DNA from: Pontiella sp.
Lineage (GTDB): Bacteria; Verrucomicrobiota; Kiritimatiellia; Kiritimatiellales; Pontiellaceae
Length of the DNA: 64,000 nt
Assembly: GCA_050290185.1 (NCBI GenBank)
Contig: JBNKHE010000004.1
Coordinates: 1-64,000 of the forward strand
Direction: 5' to 3'
Numbering within the stretch: position 1 is the stretch's first letter; each line of letters begins with the position of its first letter. Below the pieces are notes generated by a model. The model had not been told where the DNA came from. It saw only the letters and a program-made list of their open reading frames with translations, and searched no databases. Shown here piece by piece: positions 10,736 to 21,515 of the stretch. Made by a program: the position numbers and the translations under genes.

Positions 10736-11353
10736 TCAGGCAGGGATACCGCTGTGGAAGCGAAATTGGGGATCCGGTGATTCGATGGCGTTGCGCTCGA
10801 TCTCGGCGAAATAGGCGACGCGCTCCGCGATGGGGTCCCCTGCATAATTTTCGGCAAGTGTGAGGTAGTCCCTGAAGTGCCTCGCCTCGGATTTGAGCAG
10901 CGACCCGAAAAAGTCGGCGATTTCTTCGTCCATATGCGGGGCCAGCGAAGCAAAGCGTTCGCAGGAACGTGCTTCAATAAACGCCCCGACGATCAGGGAA
11001 TCGACCAGTTGCCCCGGCTCCTGCTTGCGGATCTCGGCATTGAGCAACCCGGCATAGCGCGAAGGCTTGAGGATTTTGTAGACGTAACCGCGGCGTGTCA
11101 GCAACTCGTGCACCTTTTCAAAATGCCGCAGTTCCTCGCGGGCGAGCTTCGACATTCTGGTAAGCACGTCGGGCTTGTCGGGACAGCGGAACATGAGTTG
11201 AATGGCATTACGGGCGGCGCACTGTTCCAGATAGCAATGATTGAGCAGAAGCACTTCCTCGTGTTTCAGCGCTTCATCGATCCATGCCTGCGGCGTGCGG
11301 CACGGCAAAAATTCCATTAAGGCGTCCAAATCCGCCCGACTCACCAACTCCAT
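10736..11353 (-). CDS. miaE: tRNA-(ms2io6A)-hydroxylase
   Basis: FLPC.TP..W, H..LEQCAA, LAREELRHF, IEARSCERF, SEARHF diiron motifs. Confidence 0.9.
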   Translation of the reverse strand: MELVSRADLDALMEFLPCRTPQAWIDEALKHEEVLLLNHCYLEQCAARNAIQLMFRCPDKPDVLTRMSKLAREELRHFEKVHELLTRRGYVYKILKPSRYAGLLNAEIRKQEPGQLVDSLIVGAFIEARSCERFASLAPHMDEEIADFFGSLLKSEARHFRDYLTLAENYAGDPIAERVAYFAEIERNAIESPDPQFRFHSGIPA

Positions 11354-11586
11354 TATTTCTCCCCCGTTTTCAGTGCCCGAATTAAACATGAAGCATAGCC
11401 GGAACTCAATATCGGGCTGGCATGTGAATTACGAGGCGGCGAACGGCATACACATCGTCGTGATTCGCTGGGCCGCACACGGACGTACACTCCCGGTTCG
11501 ACTTTTAAAACACTCCATGCTATGTTCAACACTCAATGAAGGAAGGGTTGCACGTTGTCCGGTAATCTCGGTTAAAGGTCTGTTTC

Positions 11587-12411
11587 ATGAAGGTCCGTAC
11601 AGTCAGCATCATAATGATAACCGCCTCCCTCGGGATTTCCGCAACCTATCTCGGCATGCGGCATGTCCCTGCACCATCCCCTACCGAAACCAAGCCGACT
11701 GAATCAGGAACGGCAGAGAGCATGCCCAAACCCATGGCCCGCGAGGTGATCGCCCCCCACCGGGATCCCATTCCTGCAAAGACGCCGATCGCGCAACGAA
11801 AGGTCATTCCGCCAAAACCAACGCACACAGCGACCGTAGAAACGAAAAAAAAACCTAATTCAACACCCGTAGCGCAACAGCAAAACATACACCAGTACTG
11901 GAAACGCGCGGAGGAAAACTTCAACCGGCAATGGGACAAACTCGACGTCGAACAGGATCCGGCCAAACGGAATCAGTTGATTCGGAATATGGCCCAATAC
12001 GTCCGTATGGATACGCTGAGCGCCATTGAGTGGGCCTTAAGTCTTGCCGATCCGGAAGAGCGGCGACTGGCGCTGGAGTCCATCAACAAATATGCCCTTA
12101 CAGGCATTGGTGCGAGGATCGGGATGGACCAGACAGGCTTCCCGGCGATCCGGGAAACCACGGCATTAAGTGCCGTCGCCTCAACCGGTCTGGTTGAACC
12201 GGGAGATTATATTGTGGGTATGCAGGATGAATACGGACAGTTTGTGGATTTCAAAGGCCTTTCCATGCAGCAGATTATCCAGCACTTGCGGGGGGAAGCT
12301 GGAACCGATGTGCTCCTGTACATGGAACGGCTGTTGCCCCAGGACGGGGATGCAAAGACCTTCGAGGTTCCTGTCAAACGCTCGTTACTGGTTATCCAGC
12401 CCCCTAAATGA
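11587..12411 (+). CDS. membrane-anchored protein with C-terminal PDZ-like domain
   Basis: N-terminal TM, Pro-rich linker, GIGARI...GD.IV....LRGEAGTDV as in S41 protease PDZ domains. Confidence 0.65.
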   Translation: MKVRTVSIIMITASLGISATYLGMRHVPAPSPTETKPTESGTAESMPKPMAREVIAPHRDPIPAKTPIAQRKVIPPKPTHTATVETKKKPNSTPVAQQQNIHQYWKRAEENFNRQWDKLDVEQDPAKRNQLIRNMAQYVRMDTLSAIEWALSLADPEERRLALESINKYALTGIGARIGMDQTGFPAIRETTALSAVASTGLVEPGDYIVGMQDEYGQFVDFKGLSMQQIIQHLRGEAGTDVLLYMERLLPQDGDAKTFEVPVKRSLLVIQPPK

Positions 12412-12462
12412 CACGCGCCTAATACGGCAGAGATTGGGAAAGGCCATCGCAAGTTCGCACGA

Positions 12463-12861
12463 TCAGGCCATCTGAGGCTCTTCCATTTCCAGCCATAGCC
12501 GGGCATCGGCCAACGAATGGAACATACGCATTTCAAAGGAAACCCGCTTGCTTACAGCACTCACCCATAACTCGATGATGGATTCGGTCAGTCCGGGATC
12601 CACGACGATGGCCGTTTTCGTCCTTGCAGCATCGCGCGGACAATGGCACTGGAAATCCGAAACCATAAATTCAAGCTCACCCAGCCGGATATCGGCACAA
12701 CGTGCTCCTATAATCCAAATGTCATTGGTATAGGGGTATTCTTTGATAGACGTAACGTGATGAATGAGGGATTTCATGACATTGTAGTCAAAATCCTCTT
12801 CGAGCCTGATCAGCAGGAAGTCATCATTTTTATCGATCTTGTACATAACCGATGCAGTCAC
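12463..12861 (-). CDS. hypothetical protein, SpoIIAA/STAS-SEC14-like
   Basis: KTAIVV...MFHSLADARLWL C-terminal pattern. Confidence 0.55.
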   Translation of the reverse strand: MTASVMYKIDKNDDFLLIRLEEDFDYNVMKSLIHHVTSIKEYPYTNDIWIIGARCADIRLGELEFMVSDFQCHCPRDAARTKTAIVVDPGLTESIIELWVSAVSKRVSFEMRMFHSLADARLWLEMEEPQMA

Positions 12862-13116
12862 CGCCCTGCCAACTGGGCCCCAGTACAGGCTTCATACCTG
12901 AACTTTCCCCAGTTGGAATATGTAAAATCTCATATACACACAATTTGCGCAAACATTTTAATACTAAAACAATGAAGGTTATTTTCTTTGTGCTACTTAG
13001 CAATCAAAGATCCGGCAACCGACCGTCTCGGAACGGGAGCATGCCGGGAATACGATAACACCAACGCTTGTTGTGCCATCGGAGCAACGACAGGAATTCC
13101 AGGAAATGAGAGCAGG

Positions 13117-13476
13117 CTAATGCGGCAGCCAGGATCTGTTTACGGCAACAAACCGGTAGGATGCTTCCATCAACCACCGGAAAAAACGTGAATAATTATA
13201 GAGTTTCAGCATCCATACCACACGGTCGGCGATGGCAAGTGACTGAAGCACAGCATGGGCGGCTTTGAGTACGCGGCCATCCGGCAGGACCAGTTGCACC
13301 GCTTTTTTACATTCCGTTTCGCTGACCTGCGGAAAATCCAGCAACGCCTCCTGGTACGAGCGATATTCAACAGCATCGCCGGTGAGCTTCTGCCAACGCC
13401 GGATCCAGCTGAAACAAAAGCCGCATTCGCCATCCCACAACATGGTGGGTTTGATTGCTCGATCCCCCGGACTCAT
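13117..13476 (-). CDS. DCC1-like thiol-disulfide oxidoreductase (DUF393)
   Basis: WDGECGFC DxxCxxC motif; Y.FVA.NR C-terminus. Confidence 0.85.
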   Translation of the reverse strand: MSPGDRAIKPTMLWDGECGFCFSWIRRWQKLTGDAVEYRSYQEALLDFPQVSETECKKAVQLVLPDGRVLKAAHAVLQSLAIADRVVWMLKLYNYSRFFRWLMEASYRFVAVNRSWLPH

Positions 13477-13674
13477 TCCGCCTCCATTTTCAATGAGCAC
13501 TGAAACATAATGGCATCCACCCTGCAAAACCAAAGAAGTCGGCATGGCGCTAAGATTCGGGGCCCGCCGTTTCCATCTCCTCGATTAAACATGTTAACAG
13601 GGATTTTTCTTATTTTAAATTGCCGAATTCCGCCCCTGCTATACCTTCAGCCTCAGTTAAAGACGGGTTACTCC

Positions 13675-13986
13675 ATGATTAGGGAAAGTCTCGAACCTCA
13701 AACGTCATCTTCGGATGATACGGATCATCAGCCCGCGGGCCGTGGTTGCCGCGCCCATTGGAAACTGAATCAATGGCAGATCCGGCAATATCGGCAAGCC
13801 ATCGATGAAAACATGTGGTATATGGGCGAACGTCTCGAACGGCCGGTAGCCTGGGAAGAAGCGGAATACGATTTCCTTCATAATGGCTACTACGGCTGCG
13901 CACCCAAATGGAGGAAGGAATACTGTGCAATGCGATGCCACTATTTTTCCGATTGCGAACTGGGCCGGCGTTTTACGGAAGGGTAA
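13675..13986 (+). CDS. small DUF4032-like protein with Cys-rich tail
   Basis: AIDENMWYMGERLERPV..EEA..DF motif; C-terminal Cys cluster. Confidence 0.5.
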   Translation: MIRESLEPQTSSSDDTDHQPAGRGCRAHWKLNQWQIRQYRQAIDENMWYMGERLERPVAWEEAEYDFLHNGYYGCAPKWRKEYCAMRCHYFSDCELGRRFTEG

Positions 13987-14181
13987 CGGTAAGGATTCAT
14001 TCCTGCTGGCATGGATCTTCCACTCGGCAGCAGCATTGCTCTCGCAGAGAAATCGTCATAACCAGCGCTGCGCGCGCGATATACCCATGGGGAATAACGC
14101 AGCAGTCCACGTCAAAAAAGCATCTGAACACCACGGTGCAGGACCATGCTGGGCAGGTCGGATACGGGCTGGAGAGAACCG

Positions 14182-14967
14182 CTAGTGAGGTGATTCCTTA
14201 TCCAGTTCGGAGAGTATATTCCGAAGCGCTGCCTCGGAAGACAGTTGAGGTTCTGAATCCTTTGCACAGAAGTTGAACAGCTTTTGCAGGCTTTGCTCCA
14301 GGATTTGCATAGTGGTTTCCGTAACGTGGCCAGGATGATCATACAGATCTTCCAGCAACTGTATCAACGCCCGGCTCAGCTTGGCGCACGGCGTGGTAGC
14401 ACCCGAGTCCATCGAGTGTAGCAGCGTCGACCTCATAATCTTATAGATATGGATCAGACATACGCGGCGGGCCTCGGGGCGCGAATCCAGATGCAAGCGC
14501 CTCAGCCAGATATGCAACTGATCCGTGCCTTCGGCGGGTATATGGGCAATCGCAGCCTCCAAAGAAGAACCGCTTTCCGCCACGGGCATCTCTTTTTCAG
14601 GCTCCGCCAGCAACGCCTTGATCTCGTCCACCAGTTCCCGGGGTTTGCAGGCTAGTTTTGAAAAAAACTTCTGCACATTCAACCCATCCATATCTTCGAC
14701 CAAGGTCTGGGTATATCCGCTCGACAAGACAATTACGGGGAGGTGACTGAATTGCCCGTTGCCCCGAAGGAACCGCATGATCTCTACGCCCGTTACGTCC
14801 GGCATATGCAGATCCAGCACCACCAGATCGGGGTTGAATGCAGGCAATTGTGCGATTGCGTCCGCGCCGCTGTGTGCGACACCCACGCAGATTCCTTCGT
14901 TCTGAAGCAAAGTCGTATAAAGCTTCGTCAAGAAAGCATCATCATCAATGATAAATACCTTTTTCAT
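14182..14967 (-). CDS. response regulator (receiver domain plus unknown helical C-terminal domain)
   Basis: FIIDDD, PDLVVLDLHMP, VIVLSS, FFSK. Confidence 0.85.
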   Translation of the reverse strand: MKKVFIIDDDAFLTKLYTTLLQNEGICVGVAHSGADAIAQLPAFNPDLVVLDLHMPDVTGVEIMRFLRGNGQFSHLPVIVLSSGYTQTLVEDMDGLNVQKFFSKLACKPRELVDEIKALLAEPEKEMPVAESGSSLEAAIAHIPAEGTDQLHIWLRRLHLDSRPEARRVCLIHIYKIMRSTLLHSMDSGATTPCAKLSRALIQLLEDLYDHPGHVTETTMQILEQSLQKLFNFCAKDSEPQLSSEAALRNILSELDKESPH

Positions 14968-15271
14968 TTCACCCGGATTCCCATCTTGCATCAAAAAAAG
15001 TCCGCACCCCGGCCAGTTGCAGTATCAGGATTCGTATCCATTCATTGATATCGCCCGGAATCCCGTCCATTCGGCAATGGCGTTCAAGGTTACGTAGATT
15101 GTCCGTCAACCCATCGAGACCGAATGGTCTGGACCCCATTCATAGCTGGCAATGTAGTGGCGCGGCAATCCATACGCAATGAGGATTCCGTCCAAAGATC
15201 CGCAGAGCCCCGTCATCCGCTATGTTGTTTTTTGACTGGTCTTTTCCCCTCCGGTTGGAAATCCTGCACAC

Positions 15272-16231
15272 ATGACCAAGACACAAAAAAGATTACCGGC
15301 CGAATGGGAACCGCAGGGTGCCATACTGCTGGCATGGCCCCACGACAAAACCGACTGGTCCCCGGTACTGGATGCGGCCCGTAAAACCTTCGATGACATC
15401 AGGAAGGCCATCGAGCGCTTTGAGCCGGTCATTCTCGTGCGACCCGATTCATATAACATACCCACCAACGATACCTGGGCACGCGATTTCGGACCCATCA
15501 CGATTGAGGAGGACGGCAACCCGGTCCTGCTTGATTTTATATTCAATGGCTGGGGCGGCAAGTTTCCCGCAGCACTGGACAATGCCATTACCCGCAACCT
15601 GCATACACTCGGCGCCTTTGGAACCACGCCCCTGCACAGCATCGATTTCATTCTCGAAGGCGGCAGCATTGAAAGCGACGGCGAAGGCACCCTGCTCACC
15701 ACAACCGAATGCCTGCTCAATTCAAACCGCAATCCGCATTGCACCAAGACACAGATTGAGGAAAAACTGAGGGTGGAGCTGGGCGTGCACACCATTCTGT
15801 GGCTGGAAAATGGAGCGCTGGCCGGCGACGATACCGACGCACATATCGATACCCTGGCCCGGCTTTGCCCGCACAAAACCATCGTTTATGTCGCCTGCGA
15901 CGATCCGTCGGACGAACATTACGAGAACCTCAAGGCCATGGAGCGTGAACTTACGGCATTCTCCGGCTACCGGTTGCTTCCCCTGCCCTGGCCCGCCGCC
16001 AAATACAACGCCGATGGCGAGCGTCTGCCGGCCACCTACGCCAACTATCTCGTCATCAACGGCGCCGTTCTGGTTCCGACCTACAACGATCCCGCAGATG
16101 AAACGGCTTTGCAAACCGTGCAAAAAGCGTTTCCCGGGCGCGAGATTATCGGCATAGATTGCAACACATTGATCCTGCAGCACGGTTCGCTGCATTGCGT
16201 AACCATGCAGATACCCAGAGGAGTGCTATGA
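15272..16231 (+). CDS. aguA: agmatine deiminase
   Basis: RLPAEWEPQ, DTWARD, LEGGSIESDG, DTDAHID, GSLHCVT. Confidence 0.92.
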   Translation: MTKTQKRLPAEWEPQGAILLAWPHDKTDWSPVLDAARKTFDDIRKAIERFEPVILVRPDSYNIPTNDTWARDFGPITIEEDGNPVLLDFIFNGWGGKFPAALDNAITRNLHTLGAFGTTPLHSIDFILEGGSIESDGEGTLLTTTECLLNSNRNPHCTKTQIEEKLRVELGVHTILWLENGALAGDDTDAHIDTLARLCPHKTIVYVACDDPSDEHYENLKAMERELTAFSGYRLLPLPWPAAKYNADGERLPATYANYLVINGAVLVPTYNDPADETALQTVQKAFPGREIIGIDCNTLILQHGSLHCVTMQIPRGVL

Positions 16232-17106
16232 GCAAACTAACAGTAGGTCTCGTTCAGCAGTCGTGCACCGACGACCGGAATGCCAACCTGGAAAAAAGCA
16301 TAGCCGGCATTCGCAGCTGCGCAAAAAAAGGCGCGCAACTGGTCGTACTTCAGGAGCTGCACACCAGCCTTTATTTCTGTGACCAGGAAGATCCTGCGCG
16401 GTTCGATCTCGCCGAAACGATTCCAGGCCCATCCACCGAAACCTTCGGTGCCCTGGCAAAGGAACTGAAAATTGTGATCGTCATATCACTCTTCGAAAAG
16501 CGTGCCCCCGGCGTCTACCATAACACCGCCGTCGTACTCGAATCGGACGGCTCCATCGCCGGAAAATACCGAAAGATGCATATTCCCGACGATCCGGGCT
16601 ACTATGAAAAATTTTACTTCACCCCCGGCGATCTGGGTTTTGAGCCGATCGAAACATCGGTCGGAAAACTGGGCGTGCTGGTCTGCTGGGACCAGTGGTA
16701 TCCCGAGGCCGCGCGCCTGATGGCCATGGCCGGAGCCGACCTGCTGATCTATCCCACCGCCATCGGCTGGGATCCAGCCGACACGCTGGATGAACAGAAG
16801 CGCCAGCGCGATGCATGGATCACCATCCAGCGCGCCCACGCGGTCGCCAACGGCATTTCCGTGCTCAGCGTTAACCGCGTCGGCATCGAACCCAGCGGAG
16901 CCGTATTCTGGGGCTCCAGCTTTGTCACCGGATGCCAGGGAGAAATCCTTGAACAGGCCGACACCACCATTGAAACCGAAGTGGTCGTCACACTGGACGC
17001 CGCCCGCAGCGAAACCGTCCGGCGCATTTGGCCCTTCCTGCGCGACCGCCGCATCGATGCGTATCAGGGGCTGACACAAAGACTGCTGGACTCATCCTCC
17101 AAGTGA
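16228..17106 (+). CDS. aguB: N-carbamoylputrescine amidase (carbon-nitrogen hydrolase)
   Basis: LQELH, YRKMHIPDDP.YYEKFYF, VCWDQW (E-K-C triad); ATGA overlap with aguA. Confidence 0.9.
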   Translation: MSKLTVGLVQQSCTDDRNANLEKSIAGIRSCAKKGAQLVVLQELHTSLYFCDQEDPARFDLAETIPGPSTETFGALAKELKIVIVISLFEKRAPGVYHNTAVVLESDGSIAGKYRKMHIPDDPGYYEKFYFTPGDLGFEPIETSVGKLGVLVCWDQWYPEAARLMAMAGADLLIYPTAIGWDPADTLDEQKRQRDAWITIQRAHAVANGISVLSVNRVGIEPSGAVFWGSSFVTGCQGEILEQADTTIETEVVVTLDAARSETVRRIWPFLRDRRIDAYQGLTQRLLDSSSK

Positions 17107-17342
17107 GTCGGGTGTCCGGCATCGGCCAACCCACTAAATCCTACCTGCACTGCCGTTACCATCGGCGGGATCAGATGGAGAGGGCCTCTTTGCCTGAACC
17201 CGTCAGGAACCATCCTGATTTCAATGACAGATCCAGATTCATGACGATTTAGTTTAGTCTACCGCTTCGGATGGCGGTCTGTGTGTTCTTCCGCAATAGC
17301 ACAACAGATTTCCAATCCTGTGCAAGCAGTCGCAAACGCAGG

Positions 17343-18608
17343 TCAAATGAAACGATTCGGCGAATAGGGTTCCGGATCGATGTGCGGCGTGTGGCCCAGT
17401 ATCAGCTCGCTCAACAACAGGCCGGTAACCGGAGCCAGCGTCATCCCCAACATGTTGTGACCAGTCGCCAGATAGGCGTTTTCGAGATTGGGGACCTGCC
17501 CGACAATCGGAAGACTGTCCCAGGTCATCGGCCGCCATCCGTACCAGACCTCCGCATCGGCATCGGGAACGGGCTGCTCCACCAGATACGGCCTGGCCGA
17601 ATCCTGCAGTTGCTGGATTCGGACCGGCGGAATGGATTCGTCGAACCCGGCAAACTCCATCATGGAACCCAGCCGAATCCAATTTTCAAAGGGCGATACC
17701 CCCACCTTGTGTTCGGGAAACAGCATGGGATGTTTTGGACTTATGCCAGCCCGCTTCATCGTGATCGAGTAGCCCTTGCCCGGTTCCACCGGAATACGGC
17801 ATCCCAGAAATGGTTCCAATTTGGAACTCCAGGCACCGGTAGCAAACACAAACCGGTCCGCTTCGTAGACTCCGAGCGAGGTGTCGACTCCCGCAATGAT
17901 TCCATGCCGCCTGCGAATTCCGGTCAGCTCGCAGTGTTCGATAAATTCAACGTCCTGCTCCCGCAGCCGGTCCACCCAGGCCTGGTTGAGCAGGTCGGGC
18001 CGGAGCGAAGCGTCACCGGGATAATGAAACGCTCCCGCGAGACCGGGTTTGAGCGCGGCGTCGAAGGCCGGTAGATCCTCGCCTTCAATCCGATCTGCAG
18101 ACACCCCGAAATGATCGGTAAGGAACCGGTCCGACTCGGCGAACTTTTCCATGCTCGACGCACTTTGAAAAACATACAACAGGCCGTTCTCGCGCCATTC
18201 GCATGCCAGTTTTTCATCCTGCATTAACTGTTTGTATTCGCTCAGCGAGGAATCGAGCATCGACTTCAACGGTCCGGCCGCCTTCAGCATTTGCTTGTGG
18301 TTGCACCGGACCGCGAACTGCATCATCCAATGCCATAGCGCCGGCCGCAGGCTTGGGTGAATACGGAACGGAGCGTGCGGATTGAACAGCGATTTGGCCC
18401 CAAGCCACAATGCTTCCGGTTCGGTGAGTGGCAAAACATGGCTCGGGCAGATGTAGCCGCAGTTCCCGTGGGAGCAGGCACCCGCCACCGTGCCGCGTTC
18501 AAGGACCGTGACCTTCATGCCCGCCTTGGAAAGATAGTGCGCGCAAGCGATGCCGATAATGCCGCCGCCCACGATTACGACCTGTTCACCTGATGCATTG
18601 GATGTCAT
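17343..18608 (-). CDS. FAD-dependent D-amino acid dehydrogenase (likely D-hydroxyproline dehydrogenase)
   Basis: GGGIIG FAD motif, GKGYS, W.GWRP, ATGH..LG; in an operon with the epimerase. Confidence 0.85.
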   Translation of the reverse strand: MTSNASGEQVVIVGGGIIGIACAHYLSKAGMKVTVLERGTVAGACSHGNCGYICPSHVLPLTEPEALWLGAKSLFNPHAPFRIHPSLRPALWHWMMQFAVRCNHKQMLKAAGPLKSMLDSSLSEYKQLMQDEKLACEWRENGLLYVFQSASSMEKFAESDRFLTDHFGVSADRIEGEDLPAFDAALKPGLAGAFHYPGDASLRPDLLNQAWVDRLREQDVEFIEHCELTGIRRRHGIIAGVDTSLGVYEADRFVFATGAWSSKLEPFLGCRIPVEPGKGYSITMKRAGISPKHPMLFPEHKVGVSPFENWIRLGSMMEFAGFDESIPPVRIQQLQDSARPYLVEQPVPDADAEVWYGWRPMTWDSLPIVGQVPNLENAYLATGHNMLGMTLAPVTGLLLSELILGHTPHIDPEPYSPNRFI

Positions 18609-19546
18609 CTGATTCCGTTTCTGTATGGATCATCTTCATGGCGAAGTAGCGTTCCCTCGGCACAGACAAAGGCCCGGCCGCGAATGGTGGGGACAATTTT
18701 CCCCGCCTCGGACAGACGATAGGTAGCCTTGAAAGTACTTCCGATGAAACTTTCCTGCACCCACTCTTCGCCGGGCTCCAGTTTGCCGTCGGCGGCGAGA
18801 CACGCCACCTTGGCGCTCGTTCCCGTGCCGCAGGGCGAACGGTCGTAGGCGCCGCCGGGGCAGTAGACAAAATTGCGGCTGCGGGCGGATGACGAAACCG
18901 CCGGACCGAAGAATTCGATATGGTCAATCTCCCCGCCGTCTTCTCCCGTAATCCCCTGCTCCCGCAACGCCGCCATGACGTTTCCGGCGGCACGCGTCAG
19001 TTCATCGGCATGCTGCAACTCCAACGGAAATGGAGATTGGCCCACGAGGAAGAACCAGTTGCCGCCCCAGGCAATGTCGCCCGTCACCGTTCCCAGTTCG
19101 GGGACTTCAACTTCCACGGCGGAGCGGTAGCGGTAACTGGGAACATTTTCAACCGCCGCCTCGTGGGCATGGATCAAATCCACCTCGACGATACCCACCG
19201 GTGTTTCGATGCGATGCCGGCCCAGCTTGATCCGCCCCATGTACGCGAGGGTAACGGCCAAACCGATCGTCCCATGCCCGCACATGTTGAGGTAGCCGCG
19301 GTTGTTGAAAAAGATTACGCCGGCGGCACAGGTCGGGTCCACCGGTTCGCACAGCAACGCCCCCACCACGGCATCGGAGCCGCGCGGTTCCAGCACGGCG
19401 AAGCTCCGAAAATCGTCGAAGTCATCCGCGAAGCGTTTCCGCCGCTCCAGCAGGCTTCCGGTTCCGAGATCCGGCCCGCCCTCCACGATCACCCGGGTGG
19501 GCTCGCCTTCGGTATGCGAATCGATGTATCGAACCGGTGTTTTCAT
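18605..19546 (-). CDS. 4-hydroxyproline 2-epimerase (proline racemase family)
   Basis: IDSHTEGEPTR, MCGH and DRSPCGTGT catalytic Cys pair. Confidence 0.9.
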   Translation of the reverse strand: MKTPVRYIDSHTEGEPTRVIVEGGPDLGTGSLLERRKRFADDFDDFRSFAVLEPRGSDAVVGALLCEPVDPTCAAGVIFFNNRGYLNMCGHGTIGLAVTLAYMGRIKLGRHRIETPVGIVEVDLIHAHEAAVENVPSYRYRSAVEVEVPELGTVTGDIAWGGNWFFLVGQSPFPLELQHADELTRAAGNVMAALREQGITGEDGGEIDHIEFFGPAVSSSARSRNFVYCPGGAYDRSPCGTGTSAKVACLAADGKLEPGEEWVQESFIGSTFKATYRLSEAGKIVPTIRGRAFVCAEGTLLRHEDDPYRNGIR

Positions 19547-19548
19547 GA

Positions 19549-20499
19549 TCAGCCCTTTGCACCGTCCCATTTGGACCACCACGTGCGGAACAGTTTCCAC
19601 TGTTCTTCGAGGAAGGCCTTCTGGCTCGGCGACAGCGCATCGCTCTGGTTGAAATGGTGGACATACTCGGGATTGCCTTCCAGCACCATCAGGTGCTTGT
19701 AGTACAGTACCAGATCAGCCCCTTCGTCGAAGGTGGAGAGGACGGTCAGCGCATCACTCAGCTCCCGGGCCAAACGACGCGCCTCGGGATCGCCTTCCGC
19801 CGCTTTTTCGCACAGCTCCACGTAGCGCAGCACTTCACGCGGAAGCGCATTGCCGACACCCGTGATCGAACCGACGGCACCGCAGTTGACGTATCCGTGA
19901 AGTACTTGTGTATCCACGCCCACCATGAGCACGAGATCAGGATTGCCGGCCGTGATCTTTTCCGCCGCATAGCTCAGCGAGGCCGAGCCGCCAAACTCCT
20001 TGAACCCGACGAGCGACGGATATTCACCGTGCAGCTGGAAAAACAGGTCGGCCTTGGTTTCATAGCCATAGTAGGGACTGTTGTAGATAACCGCGGGCAG
20101 TTCCCCGCCGGCTTCGAGTATCGCGGAAAAGTGGGCATGCTGGGCCGCCACCGAAGAACCGCGCGACAGGACGCGCGGAATAAGCATCAGACCGGCCGCA
20201 CCGACCTTGCGCGCATGAGCCGCGTGATCGCAGGCCAGCTTTGTATTCTGGGCGCCGGTCCCGACCACGGTTGGAATTCCCGCCTCGACCAGCCGCCGAA
20301 CCCCTTCCTGCCGCTGGGTGTCGGAAAGCAACGGCCAGTCGCCCATGGAGCCGCAATAGACCACGGCGCGCATGCCGAGTTCGACCAGTTCCTTCCCCTT
20401 GGCCACCAAGGCATCGTAATCCGGTTCGCCCGCTTCGGAGCACGGCGTCATCAGCGCCGGCATGCAACCGCGGAAGATGTTTGTTTTATCGGCTGTCAT
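19549..20499 (-). CDS. DHDPS-family 1-pyrroline-4-hydroxy-2-carboxylate deaminase
   Basis: PALMTP, GSMGD, IYNSP, GFKEF; gene context. Confidence 0.8.
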   Translation of the reverse strand: MTADKTNIFRGCMPALMTPCSEAGEPDYDALVAKGKELVELGMRAVVYCGSMGDWPLLSDTQRQEGVRRLVEAGIPTVVGTGAQNTKLACDHAAHARKVGAAGLMLIPRVLSRGSSVAAQHAHFSAILEAGGELPAVIYNSPYYGYETKADLFFQLHGEYPSLVGFKEFGGSASLSYAAEKITAGNPDLVLMVGVDTQVLHGYVNCGAVGSITGVGNALPREVLRYVELCEKAAEGDPEARRLARELSDALTVLSTFDEGADLVLYYKHLMVLEGNPEYVHHFNQSDALSPSQKAFLEEQWKLFRTWWSKWDGAKG

Positions 20500-20529
20500 C
20501 TTGCGTTCATCCTTTCGCAGTTACCTGCT

Positions 20530-21396
20530 TTAATTCGTATCAACGGCGTTGCCGTCCATCAACTGCGCCACGTTCGGGCGCTGCGACCGGATATGCCGCC
20601 GCAGGACCCGCTTGGCCTCGGTCAGATTGCCCTCCAGCAACGCGCACAGAATGGCCCGATGCTGCGCTGCCATCTCCGCCACGACGGAGGCTTCCAGCGA
20701 GGCATAGTCGAATAGCGTGGCGTAGTACTGCCCGTGAAGGGCAAAGAACTCCGAAATGTAGCGATTGCCCGCCTGCCCGATCCAGTAGCTGTGCAGCGAA
20801 TTATCGATCCGTACCCGCCCATTCCGGGTCGGGGTATTCCTGGCAATCAGACGTTCAAGCTCCCTGGCGTCAAGCCGGTCGGCCGACAGCTCCAGCGCAC
20901 GGAGTTCGAGCAGCTCGCGCACTTCGAGGTATTCCCCCATGCGCGCTTCGCTGAAGGCATGTATTCGCCATCCCCGGCGCGGCACGTGTTCCACCACCCC
21001 CCGGCCGCTCAGGCGATTCAGGATCGCACGGACCACGGCGCGCCCCACGCCCAGCTGTTCAGCGGATTCCTCTTCACGCAGAAAGACCGACTCGCCGCGC
21101 AAGGAGGCGCGGATCACATGCTGGGTCAGGGCGGTCTCCACATCTGGCTGCGGTACAACGGCAACCGGTGTGTACTTGACCGCACACCCCTTCTTTGCAG
21201 GATTGAGCACCAGCTGACGCTGAGCGTCGCGCAACATCCATCCCTCCTGCAGCAGTGCGTCTACAGCCGTCCGGGCGGGCTGGATGCTCGCACCGAAACG
21301 CTCGGCAATCGCCGTCAGCGTCAATCGATAGGAAGGCAGTTCACCCCGCGAGGCCAACCCCTGCAACTCGGCTTCAATTTGCTGGGAAATCGTCAT
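20530..21396 (-). CDS. GntR/FCD regulator with two tandem winged-HTH domains
   Basis: HTH1 LTAIAERFGAS.QPAR.A; HTH2 EE..AEQLGVGRAVVRA.L; FCD YLEVRELLE...H. Confidence 0.85.
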   Translation of the reverse strand: MTISQQIEAELQGLASRGELPSYRLTLTAIAERFGASIQPARTAVDALLQEGWMLRDAQRQLVLNPAKKGCAVKYTPVAVVPQPDVETALTQHVIRASLRGESVFLREEESAEQLGVGRAVVRAILNRLSGRGVVEHVPRRGWRIHAFSEARMGEYLEVRELLELRALELSADRLDARELERLIARNTPTRNGRVRIDNSLHSYWIGQAGNRYISEFFALHGQYYATLFDYASLEASVVAEMAAQHRAILCALLEGNLTEAKRVLRRHIRSQRPNVAQLMDGNAVDTN

Positions 21397-21428
21397 TTTA
21401 TATCCTGGAAATCCGCGCCCATCTTTTT

Positions 21429-21452
21429 GTTGATATTGAGCGCAATATCAAC
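21429..21452. promoter_or_regulatory. perfect inverted repeat, candidate GntR operator
   Basis: GTTGATATTG-AGCG-CAATATCAAC in the divergent gntR/ALDH intergenic region. Confidence 0.7.
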
Positions 21453-21515
21453 TAGCCTCCCGATGTTGTCAATCAAATCCTTATGATTTAGAAACCGAAA
21501 AGGCAGGAGAACCCC

